A DNA stretch of 24,224 nucleotides from positions 1-24,224 of IMG/VR virus record IMGVR_UViG_2548876940_000013, one strand, 5' to 3'. Position 1 is the first letter of the stretch. Every line of letters begins with the position of its first letter. Origin of the DNA: a virus (lineage: Duplodnaviria; Heunggongvirae; Uroviricota; Caudoviricetes). The notes beneath the pieces are model-generated. The model worked only from the letters and a program-made list of their open reading frames with translations, was not told the DNA's origin and ran no database searches. This document shows positions 1 to 7,795 of this stretch, piece after piece. The translations under genes and the position numbers were made by a program.

Positions 1-44
1 CAGCCATATGCGGCACTCCTGGTTAAATTTCATTTTTCGCGGGT

Positions 45-106
45 ATAAAAAAACGATGGGGCGGGCAGTCCGGAAGACGTCAGGTCACAGGGATTTGACC
101 CGCCCC
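45..106 (-). terminator. Candidate rho-independent terminator downstream of the HNH gene (could instead be part of a cos/packaging region)
   Basis: Inverted repeat ggggcggg (58-65) / cccgcccc (99-106), followed on the - strand by a T7 run (plus-strand A-run 45-53). The 33-nt loop is long for a simple terminator. Confidence 0.3.
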
Positions 107-132
107 TCCCCTCTGGCAATGGGAACTGGTTC

Positions 133-483
133 TTACTTCAGCCGTTCACGGGCCGTCTTCGCCTTATGACACGGCCAGCACAGACTCTGCAGGTTACTGT
201 CGGCATCGGTGCCGCCATGCGCTTTGGGAATGATGTGGTCAACGGTTTTCGCCTCACCCACCACACCAGCATGCAGACATAATTGACATAAACCTTTGTC
301 ACGCTTCAGCACACGCGCGCGGATAACATCCCACTTCGAACCATAACCGCGCTGATGACGAGATTGCCCCGGCTTGTATTGTTTCCAGCCTTCGTTTTTG
401 TGGCTTTCGCAGTAGCCTGACGGGTCTGTAGTGGTATTACGGCAGCCGCGAACGCGGCAGGATTTTGGGGTTCGTAGGGGCAT
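133..483 (-). CDS. Phage HNH homing-type endonuclease
   Basis: Cys-rich N-terminus (CRVRGC...C) and HNH core DHIIPKAHGGTDADSNLQSLCWPCH. The ORF track start at 546 is GTG; the internal ATG at 483 has the SD aagagga 8 nt upstream, so 483 is preferred. Packaging-proximal position is typical. Confidence 0.85.
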   Translation of the reverse strand: MPLRTPKSCRVRGCRNTTTDPSGYCESHKNEGWKQYKPGQSRHQRGYGSKWDVIRARVLKRDKGLCQLCLHAGVVGEAKTVDHIIPKAHGGTDADSNLQSLCWPCHKAKTARERLK

Positions 484-633
484 TGCATAATCCTCTTGGA
501 TGGTTCGCGTACGATACGTGGCACCCTTCTCAGAATCGAATCGCACTCCATTCCGGTTTTGCCATAAACGATCTTTTATGCTTCGCTGGATGTAGTTGAT
601 AGTTGTTGAAACTCAATGAACAGGAGTTCACAA

Positions 634-969
634 ATGAATAGTTATGAATGGGAATGGCTTTTGAACAAAGATGACACCCTATACTTTTTCCCCGTAGGCC
701 ATTCTGTAGAAGGTAATTACAAAATTCACTTTGAGTTGAGCGGTAGTTGTAACCTTAGAGTCTCAGATGCTGAATTGCATGGTAAACCTGTACTGCTGTT
801 CGAATACTTCGATGAAGATGATGACCGCCCTGCAATAATCGAAATATTAGAAACAACCACTACAACTGTGGAGGCGATGATCGCACATCTGAATAGTATC
901 GATAGTATTTACCATGAACCGATTTACAAAGCTGTTTACGAGTGGGCTGTAAAGTTTTTCTATCGATGA
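634..969 (+). CDS. Hypothetical protein (moron, unknown function)
   Basis: ORF on the strand opposite to the flanking late genes. The ATG at 634 is preceded by caggag (621-626); the track start at 616 lacks an SD. AT-rich and acidic (FEYFDEDDDRP). No recognisable motif. Confidence 0.5.
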   Translation: MNSYEWEWLLNKDDTLYFFPVGHSVEGNYKIHFELSGSCNLRVSDAELHGKPVLLFEYFDEDDDRPAIIEILETTTTTVEAMIAHLNSIDSIYHEPIYKAVYEWAVKFFYR

Positions 970-1012
970 TACTTCGTTATCTTTCTGGCATTCACAATAC
1001 CTTTACATATTA

Positions 1013-1639
1013 ATGACATGCCAGCACAATACTGTCACTTACAACCGTTCGGATTACCTAGAGAAAAGTATGATTCAGGATTTACTGATCGAAGCAATTA
1101 GTCACGATAGGATGCATAAAAAGTTAAATGAACTGAATGGCTACTTCTACAATCGCAAACATGAAACACAAATACGTGATGAGTTAGTTGTTATACTCAA
1201 TCAAATCAGCACACTAACTGCTTTAAGTGAGCATCCAAAACTCGGTATCGGCGCTGTTGACATATCACTTTATAACCAGTCGATATTAACGTCTGAACAT
1301 AATGGCAATGTTGCAACCATCGAGATAAAACACCATTACCCAAAGGATTTACTTTATCGGCAAGTTCAAGAAGACATCATTTCCGATATTTCAAGAGTAA
1401 TAGTTTCACCAACTACACACTTTATCCATATAATCCAGCAAAGAACCAAGATTAAAACTCCTTCTTTTGGTCAAGTGAAATTCCTTGAACGTGATGCAAG
1501 TGATATCAGCACTTATGTGCAATGTCTTGAGGAGCTAAGTTCATTTCCCAGTAATTTTCATAAAAAAAGTGTATGTATTGAGGTACTTGGTGAAATTATG
1601 TCGACATATACCTTTAACGTATATTCATTTGACAACTGA
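1013..1639 (+). CDS. Hypothetical protein (moron, unknown function)
   Basis: 208-aa ORF, same strand as and 44 nt downstream of the 634-969 ORF; AT-rich. Start uncertain (alternative ATG at 1070). No recognisable motif. Confidence 0.5.
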   Translation: MTCQHNTVTYNRSDYLEKSMIQDLLIEAISHDRMHKKLNELNGYFYNRKHETQIRDELVVILNQISTLTALSEHPKLGIGAVDISLYNQSILTSEHNGNVATIEIKHHYPKDLLYRQVQEDIISDISRVIVSPTTHFIHIIQQRTKIKTPSFGQVKFLERDASDISTYVQCLEELSSFPSNFHKKSVCIEVLGEIMSTYTFNVYSFDN

Positions 1640-1660
1640 TTAATTTGACAATTTTATTGC

Positions 1661-1918
1661 TTAATGGTTAGTTCTCTCTGCATCTATTTTACGAATATCA
1701 GCTTTATCCCGATTGCAGTTAGCCAGCGCAGACAACAGACTCACATTCAGCTCCAGACTGGCACCATACGTCAGCGGATTAGGTATAAACGGTACAGGAG
1801 TATCAGAAGTCAGGCTGGGTGGCAGTGGTGCCACCGGAACGCTCACGTAAACTGTCCGCGTACTTCCGCAACCGGTCAGCAGCGGCAGCAGGCACAGCAC
1901 GTGAAGCACAATCATCAT
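1661..1918 (-). CDS. Rz1: o-spanin (Rz1-like outer-membrane lipoprotein)
   Basis: Alternative frame overlapping the 3-prime end of Rz. Signal peptide with lipobox MMIVLHVLCLLPLLTGC, then a proline-rich segment PVAPLPPSLTSDTPVPFIPNP. Start at the MM pair (1913-1918) is inferred. Extends past the Rz stop (overlapped rather than fully embedded). Confidence 0.6.
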   Translation of the reverse strand: MMIVLHVLCLLPLLTGCGSTRTVYVSVPVAPLPPSLTSDTPVPFIPNPLTYGASLELNVSLLSALANCNRDKADIRKIDAERTNH

Positions 1919-2195
1919 CCGCAACAGCCATTTTGATATCTTCCTGGGTTCTCTGTGACTCCAGTGCGATCTGCTGTTTTGCATGCTGGTTAGCCTCCAG
2001 TACTGTATTGACGATTTGCAGTGATTGCAGGACGTTATTGGTAATGGCAGTTGCCGATTTGGCATTTTGTACAGCCTCATCAGCACGTTTCTTTTCGTGC
2101 TGATATTTGCTGTAGTAGTGATTCGCTGACCAGATGAAAGAGCCAATAACAGTAAAGAAGAAAGCAGAGATAGTCAGCTTATAACTCAACTTCAT
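1803..2195 (-). CDS. Rz: i-spanin (Rz-like)
   Basis: N-terminal TM helix (LTISAFFFTVIGSFIW) then a coiled-coil-like charged region. Sits directly downstream of the endolysin; its ATG at 2193-2195 overlaps the end of R. Confidence 0.7.
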   Translation of the reverse strand: MKLSYKLTISAFFFTVIGSFIWSANHYYSKYQHEKKRADEAVQNAKSATAITNNVLQSLQIVNTVLEANQHAKQQIALESQRTQEDIKMAVADDDCASRAVPAAAADRLRKYADSLRERSGGTTATQPDF

Positions 2196-2655
2196 TTACC
2201 ACCCCACCAGCCTCTTTAAATCGGGCAATCAGGTCACCGATTTTATGTTCATACTGACCGTAACCTGCACCGGGTAATGAAGCCCATATATTGCTGCAAC
2301 GGTCGATTGCCTGACGAATATCGCCGCTATCAATCATAGGTAAAGCGCCACGCTCTTTAATCTGCTGCAATGCCACTGCGTCCTGGCTTTTGGGGGAGAA
2401 GTCTTTCAAACCAAGCTGTTTACGGTAAGCATCCCACCAACGGGAAAGAAGCTGGTAACGTCCGGCGGCTGTTGATTTGAGTTTGGAGTTTAGCTTGACA
2501 AGTTTGCGAGGGTGATCGGAGTAATCAGTGAAGAGTTCTCCACCGACAATAACGTCATAACCGTGGTTACGTGTCGGTTGTCGCCCGTTATCCGTTCCCT
2601 CTGACCATGCCACCATATCCAGGAAAGCTTTACGCTGGGAATTTAGTACCTGCAT
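2179..2655 (-). CDS. R: Endolysin, lambda R-type lytic transglycosylase
   Basis: Translation closely matches lambda R as recalled (QRKAFLDM-AWSEGTDNGRQ-TRNHGYDVIVGGELFTDYSDHPRKLV...AGRYQLLSRWWDAYRKQLGLKDFSPKSQDAVALQQIKERGALPMID). Strong SD aaggag upstream of the ATG. Confidence 0.9.
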   Translation of the reverse strand: MQVLNSQRKAFLDMVAWSEGTDNGRQPTRNHGYDVIVGGELFTDYSDHPRKLVKLNSKLKSTAAGRYQLLSRWWDAYRKQLGLKDFSPKSQDAVALQQIKERGALPMIDSGDIRQAIDRCSNIWASLPGAGYGQYEHKIGDLIARFKEAGGVVNEVEL

Positions 2656-2658
2656 AAA

Positions 2659-2985
2659 TTACTCCTTAGAGCCACCAAACTTATTACCGATTACTCTCAT
2701 TGCAGCCCCACGAATAGCATCGACCCCGATCAGCCCAACGCCGCCACCAATGGCAACAGAAAGAGATTTAGGCCATCCGACATACTCAAGAGCGGATGCA
2801 AAAGTCAGCGTCAGAGCACCACAGAGCAAAATCTCGAGCGTTTTTCGTTTCCAGCCACCACCACCGCCAAAATAGGCAATGCGCAAGCCAGCCATAACGA
2901 TCGACATAATCACTGCGCCCAGCGGTGTGTCTCCACGCCACCAGCTCTGGAACAACTCCAGCCAGGTATTTGGGTTATGAGGCAT
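2659..2985 (-). CDS. Holin (three-TM type)
   Basis: 108 aa with three hydrophobic helices and a charged C-terminus; immediately upstream of R with its stop 1 nt before the R start. Confidence 0.75.
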   Translation of the reverse strand: MPHNPNTWLELFQSWWRGDTPLGAVIMSIVMAGLRIAYFGGGGGWKRKTLEILLCGALTLTFASALEYVGWPKSLSVAIGGGVGLIGVDAIRGAAMRVIGNKFGGSKE

Positions 2986-3124
2986 TTGTAGTTATCTCTC
3001 ACCTCGCTGATACAGCAGGTGCAAATTGAGGGAACATCATGTACAGCAAATTAGAAGCGGAAACGTCAAAGAAGCCGAACCAATGGATAACTGCGAAATA
3101 GACCAGGACCAACGAATCCCCAGC

Positions 3125-3160
3125 CCCAGAAACGACAAAACCCGCTCGACGGCGGGTTTA
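3125..3160 (-). terminator. tR-prime-like terminator of the short late leader transcript
   Basis: 8-bp GC stem aaacccgc / gcgggttt (3138-3145 / 3152-3159) with a 6-nt loop, followed on the - strand by the T-rich tgtcgtttctgg. Lies between the Q-proximal cargo and the holin, as in lambda pR-prime/tR-prime. Confidence 0.4.
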
Positions 3161-3169
3161 AGCTGTGTG

Positions 3170-3270
3170 GCGAAGTAACCACTCTTAACACGATACAATA
3201 ATTTTTGCGTACGCGTTAGCGTTTTTGTAAGATTAACAAATAAATCGAAAAATCATAATCGGATGATTTC
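3170..3270. promoter_or_regulatory. AT-rich divergent control region: candidate late promoter/Q-utilisation site (- strand) and promoter of the cargo cassette (+ strand)
   Basis: Roughly 100 bp AT-rich, non-coding on both strands, located between the tR-prime-like hairpin and the start of the 3271 gene. No confident -35/-10 assignment. Confidence 0.3.
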
Positions 3271-4293
3271 ATGGCAAAATTAAATGCTAGCGAAAGACTC
3301 GTTACTCATCATAGTCTGACCATTGACACAAAGTTTAGAACCAAGGCAACACAAGAGGTAAAAGCCCAGTGTATATGTCCTGTTCCGGAAATGTACATGC
3401 TTGCCCCATTGATTGTTAAACAAAAGGGACTCGTTCATTCATATGATTCTGGGAATATTGTAGTTACTCTCCAAGATGTACAACTTTATCCTTTACTTCC
3501 AGATAACTCACCCACGCATATTGTCCTTCTTATTAATAGTGTTGATAAAAATGGAAGTACTACCGTTGTAAAAAATATAAATACTAATGAACGCGTTGAA
3601 ATCCAACCAAAATATGAACAAGGTGAAGGCTATGAAGTTTCTACCTATGTTGTCATATCATTAAATGGAAATAAAAGAACCTATGATATGATTTGTACAT
3701 CTACCCCAGGTGTATCTACGGCCCGGTTAAATAGTTTTTTAGACAAAATTCTCTTTGAAGTGGCGAAAGACAATGAAGACTTATTTACCGCAAAACATCC
3801 AACTAACGTTATTTCTGCAACATCAAAAAAAGAAGTAAAAATACGATACAAACCAATATTTGAATTTACAGGAATGTTAGACAAGGAGCTTTTTAATAAA
3901 ATAAGCCAAAAAGGATTATCAGATGTCATATTAGTCAAGGATCAATTCGGAACAATTAATGCTCCTGATGTTAATTCACCTTACATTCCGACTGAAAGTA
4001 CATTAAAATTACTTCCAAATCATGGTGACAATGTTATTGGATGGATTAAAAATGTAGCATCTCATTTCAATAAAAAAATGAATGGTGGTTATGATAAATT
4101 AAAGGTTAAATTCCAAGATCCTGAAACAAATAAACCAAGGCAGGTTGATTTCAAAACCTCAAACATCAATCTTAATAATTTAGAAAAAACATTTATTAAG
4201 AAAAGCATTATCGATAACTTTAATTCGCGCCTGAAGGATTCATATGTTAAAATTGAACTAGAGTTTGTTGTGAAAATGATAGATTTGATGTGA
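3271..4293 (+). CDS. Hypothetical 340-aa soluble protein, first gene of the Q-lysis cargo cassette (candidate defence/abortive-infection component)
   Basis: Clean 340-aa ORF with ATG start, visibly AT-rich, antisense to the late operon. Lys/Asn-rich; no motif I recognise. Confidence 0.6.
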   Translation: MAKLNASERLVTHHSLTIDTKFRTKATQEVKAQCICPVPEMYMLAPLIVKQKGLVHSYDSGNIVVTLQDVQLYPLLPDNSPTHIVLLINSVDKNGSTTVVKNINTNERVEIQPKYEQGEGYEVSTYVVISLNGNKRTYDMICTSTPGVSTARLNSFLDKILFEVAKDNEDLFTAKHPTNVISATSKKEVKIRYKPIFEFTGMLDKELFNKISQKGLSDVILVKDQFGTINAPDVNSPYIPTESTLKLLPNHGDNVIGWIKNVASHFNKKMNGGYDKLKVKFQDPETNKPRQVDFKTSNINLNNLEKTFIKKSIIDNFNSRLKDSYVKIELEFVVKMIDLM

Positions 4294-4300
4294 GGTTATT

Positions 4301-4885
4301 ATGCCAATACTTTCAGTTTTCTCTCATCTAGGCAAGCCGTTTGGATATCTTTTTATTAAAGGTATTAGCGGCAAAGCTGCATATGATTGGGTAGCACCAA
4401 TTCTACTTACTTCTATCACAGCAGTACTTTTCATTCTATTAAAAATCCCTGTCAAAGATTTATTTGATGACAATGGTTTCATTAAATCAATCGTTTCATT
4501 TATCTCTAACCTACCAGGGTTTTATATTGCCGCTCTGGCCGCCATAGCAACTTTCAATAGAGCTGAGATTGATTTACCATTGATTAGCAATGAAAGAAAT
4601 GCCTCTATTGAAATAAAAGTAACAAAAGAAAATGGAAAAGTAGTAAATTCAGAGGAGGTTCTGACCAGACGATTATTTCTTTGCATGCTATTCTCTTTTT
4701 TAACAGCATTAAGCATTGTTATAATAATACTTAATGCTATATTTTCACCATTAATCAATGTCTATCAAAACAGTATTGTTTTAATGGTTTATACTGTTGT
4801 ATTTACTTTCCTAGTTTGGCAACTCTTAGTATCAACTTTCTTTGGATTATATTATCTCGGAAACAGAATTCATATGAATTATTAA
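4301..4885 (+). CDS. Hypothetical 194-aa integral membrane protein (about four TM helices), second gene of the cargo cassette
   Basis: ATG 7 nt after the stop of the upstream gene, with the SD gagg overlapping that stop (operon). Four hydrophobic segments, roughly aa 30-50, 60-85, 125-148 and 159-186. Confidence 0.6.
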   Translation: MPILSVFSHLGKPFGYLFIKGISGKAAYDWVAPILLTSITAVLFILLKIPVKDLFDDNGFIKSIVSFISNLPGFYIAALAAIATFNRAEIDLPLISNERNASIEIKVTKENGKVVNSEEVLTRRLFLCMLFSFLTALSIVIIILNAIFSPLINVYQNSIVLMVYTVVFTFLVWQLLVSTFFGLYYLGNRIHMNY

Positions 4886-4906
4886 GCCCTACAGGGGCTT
4901 AATAAT
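4879..4906. other. Perfect 11-bp stem hairpin spanning the convergent stop codons of the cargo cassette and Q
   Basis: ttattaagccc-taca-gggcttaataa. The stops of the 4301-4885 gene (+) and of Q (-) lie 3 nt apart inside this structure. No U-tract on either side. Confidence 0.4.
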
Positions 4907-5239
4907 CAACAAAATACCTTCAATCACTCCTATTGCTGCTTGAAGTTGTTTTCTGATTGACCCGTCAGAGCATTTCCGTTTCTTTGCTATTGAACGGAGT
5001 GAAATACCGATAACAAAGTGAGCAATGATCAGTTCATATTCTTCTGGCTTATATTTCCGCAATCGCGCAACACAGCTGTCAATCATGATTCCTTCATCAT
5101 CATCGCATTGTTGGCGTATTTTCTTTCCATGAGGTAGTAAACCTTTAAACCCTGCAGCAACAGGCTGCCAGTCCACACCACTGTTATCTGCTGCAGCCCA
5201 TGCTCCCCAGCGGTCCAATACTTCATACATATCACGCAT
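4889..5239 (-). CDS. Late-gene antitermination protein Q (QuuD-like)
   Basis: Motifs VLDRWGAWAA, GFKGL and a Cys/His-rich centre, as recalled for DLP12-type Q. Track start is TTG at 5254; the ATG at 5239 has the SD ggagaagg. Located directly upstream of the lysis cassette. Confidence 0.7.
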   Translation of the reverse strand: MRDMYEVLDRWGAWAAADNSGVDWQPVAAGFKGLLPHGKKIRQQCDDDEGIMIDSCVARLRKYKPEEYELIIAHFVIGISLRSIAKKRKCSDGSIRKQLQAAIGVIEGILLIIKPL

Positions 5240-5256
5240 CAACCTTCTCCACAAAA

Positions 5257-6252
5257 TCAGGCCAGCACGCCAATTGTCAGCGCACGATCGATAAAACGAA
5301 ATATCAGCTCCAGCTGGGAGCCATACTTCTCTTCAAATGCCACGGTATCCGCATGCAGCTCGTCGTGATGCTTTCTGCACAAAGGCAACACAAAGAGATC
5401 ATGCGCTTTTGTACCCATTCCACCCTGACCGTGGCCTATCAGGTGGTGGGGATCATCAGCGGGCTTTCCACAACATGCACACGGCTGTGTCTTAACCCAG
5501 CGCGTGTACTTTTCATTAACCCAGCGGCGACGTTTTGGGCGTAACATAAAAGACTCCGGCGACTCCGGATCCACTTTCAGCGCCAGCACCTTTTTCGCCT
5601 TATCCTGGATGATGCTGGTGGCAGGAACCGAAGGCACAAGGTCACTTTCCCGGGAGACAGACGGCACAACAGGCTTCGGTAATCTCAGTGCCTTACGGGC
5701 TGCACTTTCCGGTAAGGCATCCGCCAGGTCATTACGAATCAGCCACCAGCACAGTTCCGGCATTGTCACAACGTGACTATCATCAAAACCGAGATCCCGA
5801 CGCACAACAGACAACACCCAGCGGGCACAGTTATCCGTTGCCATTGATTCCAGCCGTTCCGTGAACTGATCGCGCAGCTGGTTATCGCAGTGCCAGCACA
5901 GACGGATTGCGCCCGGAGCGTGTCGCATTGTGGTCATGTTCTCGCTGTGCCAGTCGGAATGAGGCCACTGACAGCCTTTTTCACGAAGTAACCAGCTTTC
6001 AAGACATTCCACGCCACCAGCACGACGGATCACTGCCTCATTGCGGAACACGGCCCGAACGGCAGGATCATCCGCCAGCGGTTGTGATGCCGCCGGAACG
6101 GCACCGCTGGCGAAAGATGAATAACGTTCCGGCTCAGGCTCCAGCAGGACACGCCCCTGCATAAACAAGGGCATCAGCTCTGAACCTGGCCTGAACAATA
6201 CGATCCCCATACGCGGGGCAATTTCAGGGGTCAGTAGTGCTCTCACGGTCAC
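5257..6252 (-). CDS. DUF968/YdfU-like phage protein
   Basis: 331-aa ORF with a C-terminal Cys/His-rich HNH-like motif CACCGKPADDPHHLIGHGQGGMGTKAHDLFVLPLCRKHHDELH. nin-region position. Start ambiguous (GTG 6252 or ATG 6210). Confidence 0.55.
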   Translation of the reverse strand: MTVRALLTPEIAPRMGIVLFRPGSELMPLFMQGRVLLEPEPERYSSFASGAVPAASQPLADDPAVRAVFRNEAVIRRAGGVECLESWLLREKGCQWPHSDWHSENMTTMRHAPGAIRLCWHCDNQLRDQFTERLESMATDNCARWVLSVVRRDLGFDDSHVVTMPELCWWLIRNDLADALPESAARKALRLPKPVVPSVSRESDLVPSVPATSIIQDKAKKVLALKVDPESPESFMLRPKRRRWVNEKYTRWVKTQPCACCGKPADDPHHLIGHGQGGMGTKAHDLFVLPLCRKHHDELHADTVAFEEKYGSQLELIFRFIDRALTIGVLA

Positions 6253-6253
6253 C

Positions 6254-7063
6254 TCAATGAACGGTATCGAGCAGCTTTAACAGCTCTGGGAATCGGGATT
6301 CGAAGAAATGCGGCTGCGTCTCGCGCGGATTTGCGGGACTGGTGATGTTCTTGCCGAACATGCAGCCTTTCGCTGTCAGCGACCAGAATTTTTTGATGTT
6401 GTTAATCGCGGTACGGCTGTATCGTTCGCGCTGCTCGACGATCCCCAGTTTCACCATCTGGTGATATGCCTGATTAGCTGTCAGGCGGATACCATACTGC
6501 TTCAGCAGTGCACTCAGTGACAGCGTGGGGCGGCTTGAGCCATCAGGCGCGTCAGCAGGAGCATCAATGGCATAGCGCGGTGCCAGATTCGGTAAGCCAA
6601 CAGCCTCCTGGAGTTTCTGACAGGCACCAAGCACTGAAGAGTTAGACAGGTTTAACTCCCGGCGCATAAAGTCCAGCAGGATCACGCCAGCCTGCATCTT
6701 GTCAGCAGCCTGTCCGGATAATTTTTCCGGTGCGCTGGTTACCATATCGAAAGTACGGATCACCTTCAGATGGAATGACGGGCTGATCCACATTGCATAG
6801 GCATACACCAGTTCCTTGCAGACATACGTTCCCCGTTCATTTCCCCCATGAATCACACTCACCGGGTCAACACCCAAATTCTGGGTGTTGGTCAATTCAT
6901 GAACAAGCTCAACAGTTTGTTGGCTGGAAAGAAACTTTCCCGGCTCCTTGGTTCTGGCATTTGCACCAGATGCTACTGCTGCGCGATGCAGATCGTTCAG
7001 GCTGTAACGCCCATAAGCATCACGACGAACTTCAATACCATCAATGACCATCAGATTATTCAT
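6254..7063 (-). CDS. KilA-N domain-like protein (antirepressor-like)
   Basis: N-terminal MVIDGIEVRRDAYGRYSLNDLHRAA resembles KilA-N as recalled. Strong SD aagaggag. Family call is tentative. Confidence 0.45.
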   Translation of the reverse strand: MNNLMVIDGIEVRRDAYGRYSLNDLHRAAVASGANARTKEPGKFLSSQQTVELVHELTNTQNLGVDPVSVIHGGNERGTYVCKELVYAYAMWISPSFHLKVIRTFDMVTSAPEKLSGQAADKMQAGVILLDFMRRELNLSNSSVLGACQKLQEAVGLPNLAPRYAIDAPADAPDGSSRPTLSLSALLKQYGIRLTANQAYHQMVKLGIVEQRERYSRTAINNIKKFWSLTAKGCMFGKNITSPANPRETQPHFFESRFPELLKLLDTVH

Positions 7064-7082
7064 ACTTCGTTTCTCCTCTTAA

Positions 7083-7472
7083 TCAGGCGGCTGCACCCGC
7101 CGTTTTCTCGTACTTACTGATAGTGATTTCGACCTTCCCTTCCGGGATAACCGGTCCCCACTCCACTAGCATTCTTTTCACCTGACTGTCGTCTTCCCAC
7201 ACACCCGCGTGGGTCATGGCGTCAAACAGCGCCTTGTTATAGTTGTCCAGATCGCGGATCCGGTTATCCGGAGGAAACAACACGATCTCCACTGAAGCAG
7301 GTGCCGACGTTGGTTTCGGCAGACGACGTAACTGCTCAACTATTGCTGCGCACGCCGCGCTCTGGAATTTTCGCCCCGCCTCGCTTATCAGGCTCTTACC
7401 TGCAAACGCCCCTTTGTTGGGGTGTCGCCAGTACGTGTTCACGCTGGGCGGAAAAGGCAGAATCAGCTTCAT
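7083..7472 (-). CDS. rusA: Holliday-junction resolvase RusA
   Basis: 129 aa with LPFPPSVNTYWRH and the acidic catalytic region RDLDNYNKALFDAMTHAGVWEDD, as in RusA. Typical nin-region position. Confidence 0.85.
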   Translation of the reverse strand: MKLILPFPPSVNTYWRHPNKGAFAGKSLISEAGRKFQSAACAAIVEQLRRLPKPTSAPASVEIVLFPPDNRIRDLDNYNKALFDAMTHAGVWEDDSQVKRMLVEWGPVIPEGKVEITISKYEKTAGAAA

Positions 7473-7795
7473 ACTTTCATGCCCCTCTTATGTAACCAGT
7501 GGGTTGCACGCAGCCTGGCGTTTTCCTCACCGGCAAGCAGTGCGCGGATAATCCCGACCGCCTCGCTGTCGTCGTCCTTGACCGCGGTATGAAGCGTTAT
7601 CCCCCGGGCCACACCACGCTTTATCGTGATGACGCCTTTTTTCTCCAGTGCGCGAAGATGCTCCACCGCTGCATTCACCGAACGGTATCCCAGCATGGTT
7701 GCCACCTCCTGATTGGTTGGCGGGAAGCCACGTTCTTTCTGATAAGAAATCAGCATATCCAGCACCTGCTGCTGGCATTGAGTTAACGTCGTCAT
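7469..7795 (-). CDS. LexA-like DNA-binding protein (N-terminal winged-helix domain only, no S24 peptidase domain)
   Basis: QQQVLDMLISYQKERGFPPTNQEVATMLGYRSVNAAVEHLRALEKKGVI parallels the LexA N-terminal domain, including the recognition-helix SxNAAxEHL pattern; the protein ends about 40 aa later. ATG at 7795 overlaps the upstream stop (TAATG). Confidence 0.7.
   Translation of the reverse strand: MTTLTQCQQQVLDMLISYQKERGFPPTNQEVATMLGYRSVNAAVEHLRALEKKGVITIKRGVARGITLHTAVKDDDSEAVGIIRALLAGEENARLRATHWLHKRGMKV

Noticed and set aside
1664-2103. + strand ORFs 1664-1936 and 1819-2103 antisense to Rz/Rz1
   Set aside because: They are antisense to a well-supported spanin pair, with Arg/Gln/Cys-rich composition and no SD. 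Spurious.
3271-4293. Whether the 340-aa cargo protein is a CD-NTase/cGAS-like cyclase (CBASS), KwaB (Kiwa), or a toxin such as Stx
   Set aside because: I saw no GS...DxD nucleotidyltransferase motif, the gene order is opposite to kwaA-kwaB, and there is no signal peptide or A/B5 toxin signature. It is left as unknown.
5200-6164. + strand ORFs 5200-5544, 5504-5776 and 5907-6164 inside the DUF968-like gene
   Set aside because: Antisense shadows of a long - strand gene with low-complexity translations. Spurious.
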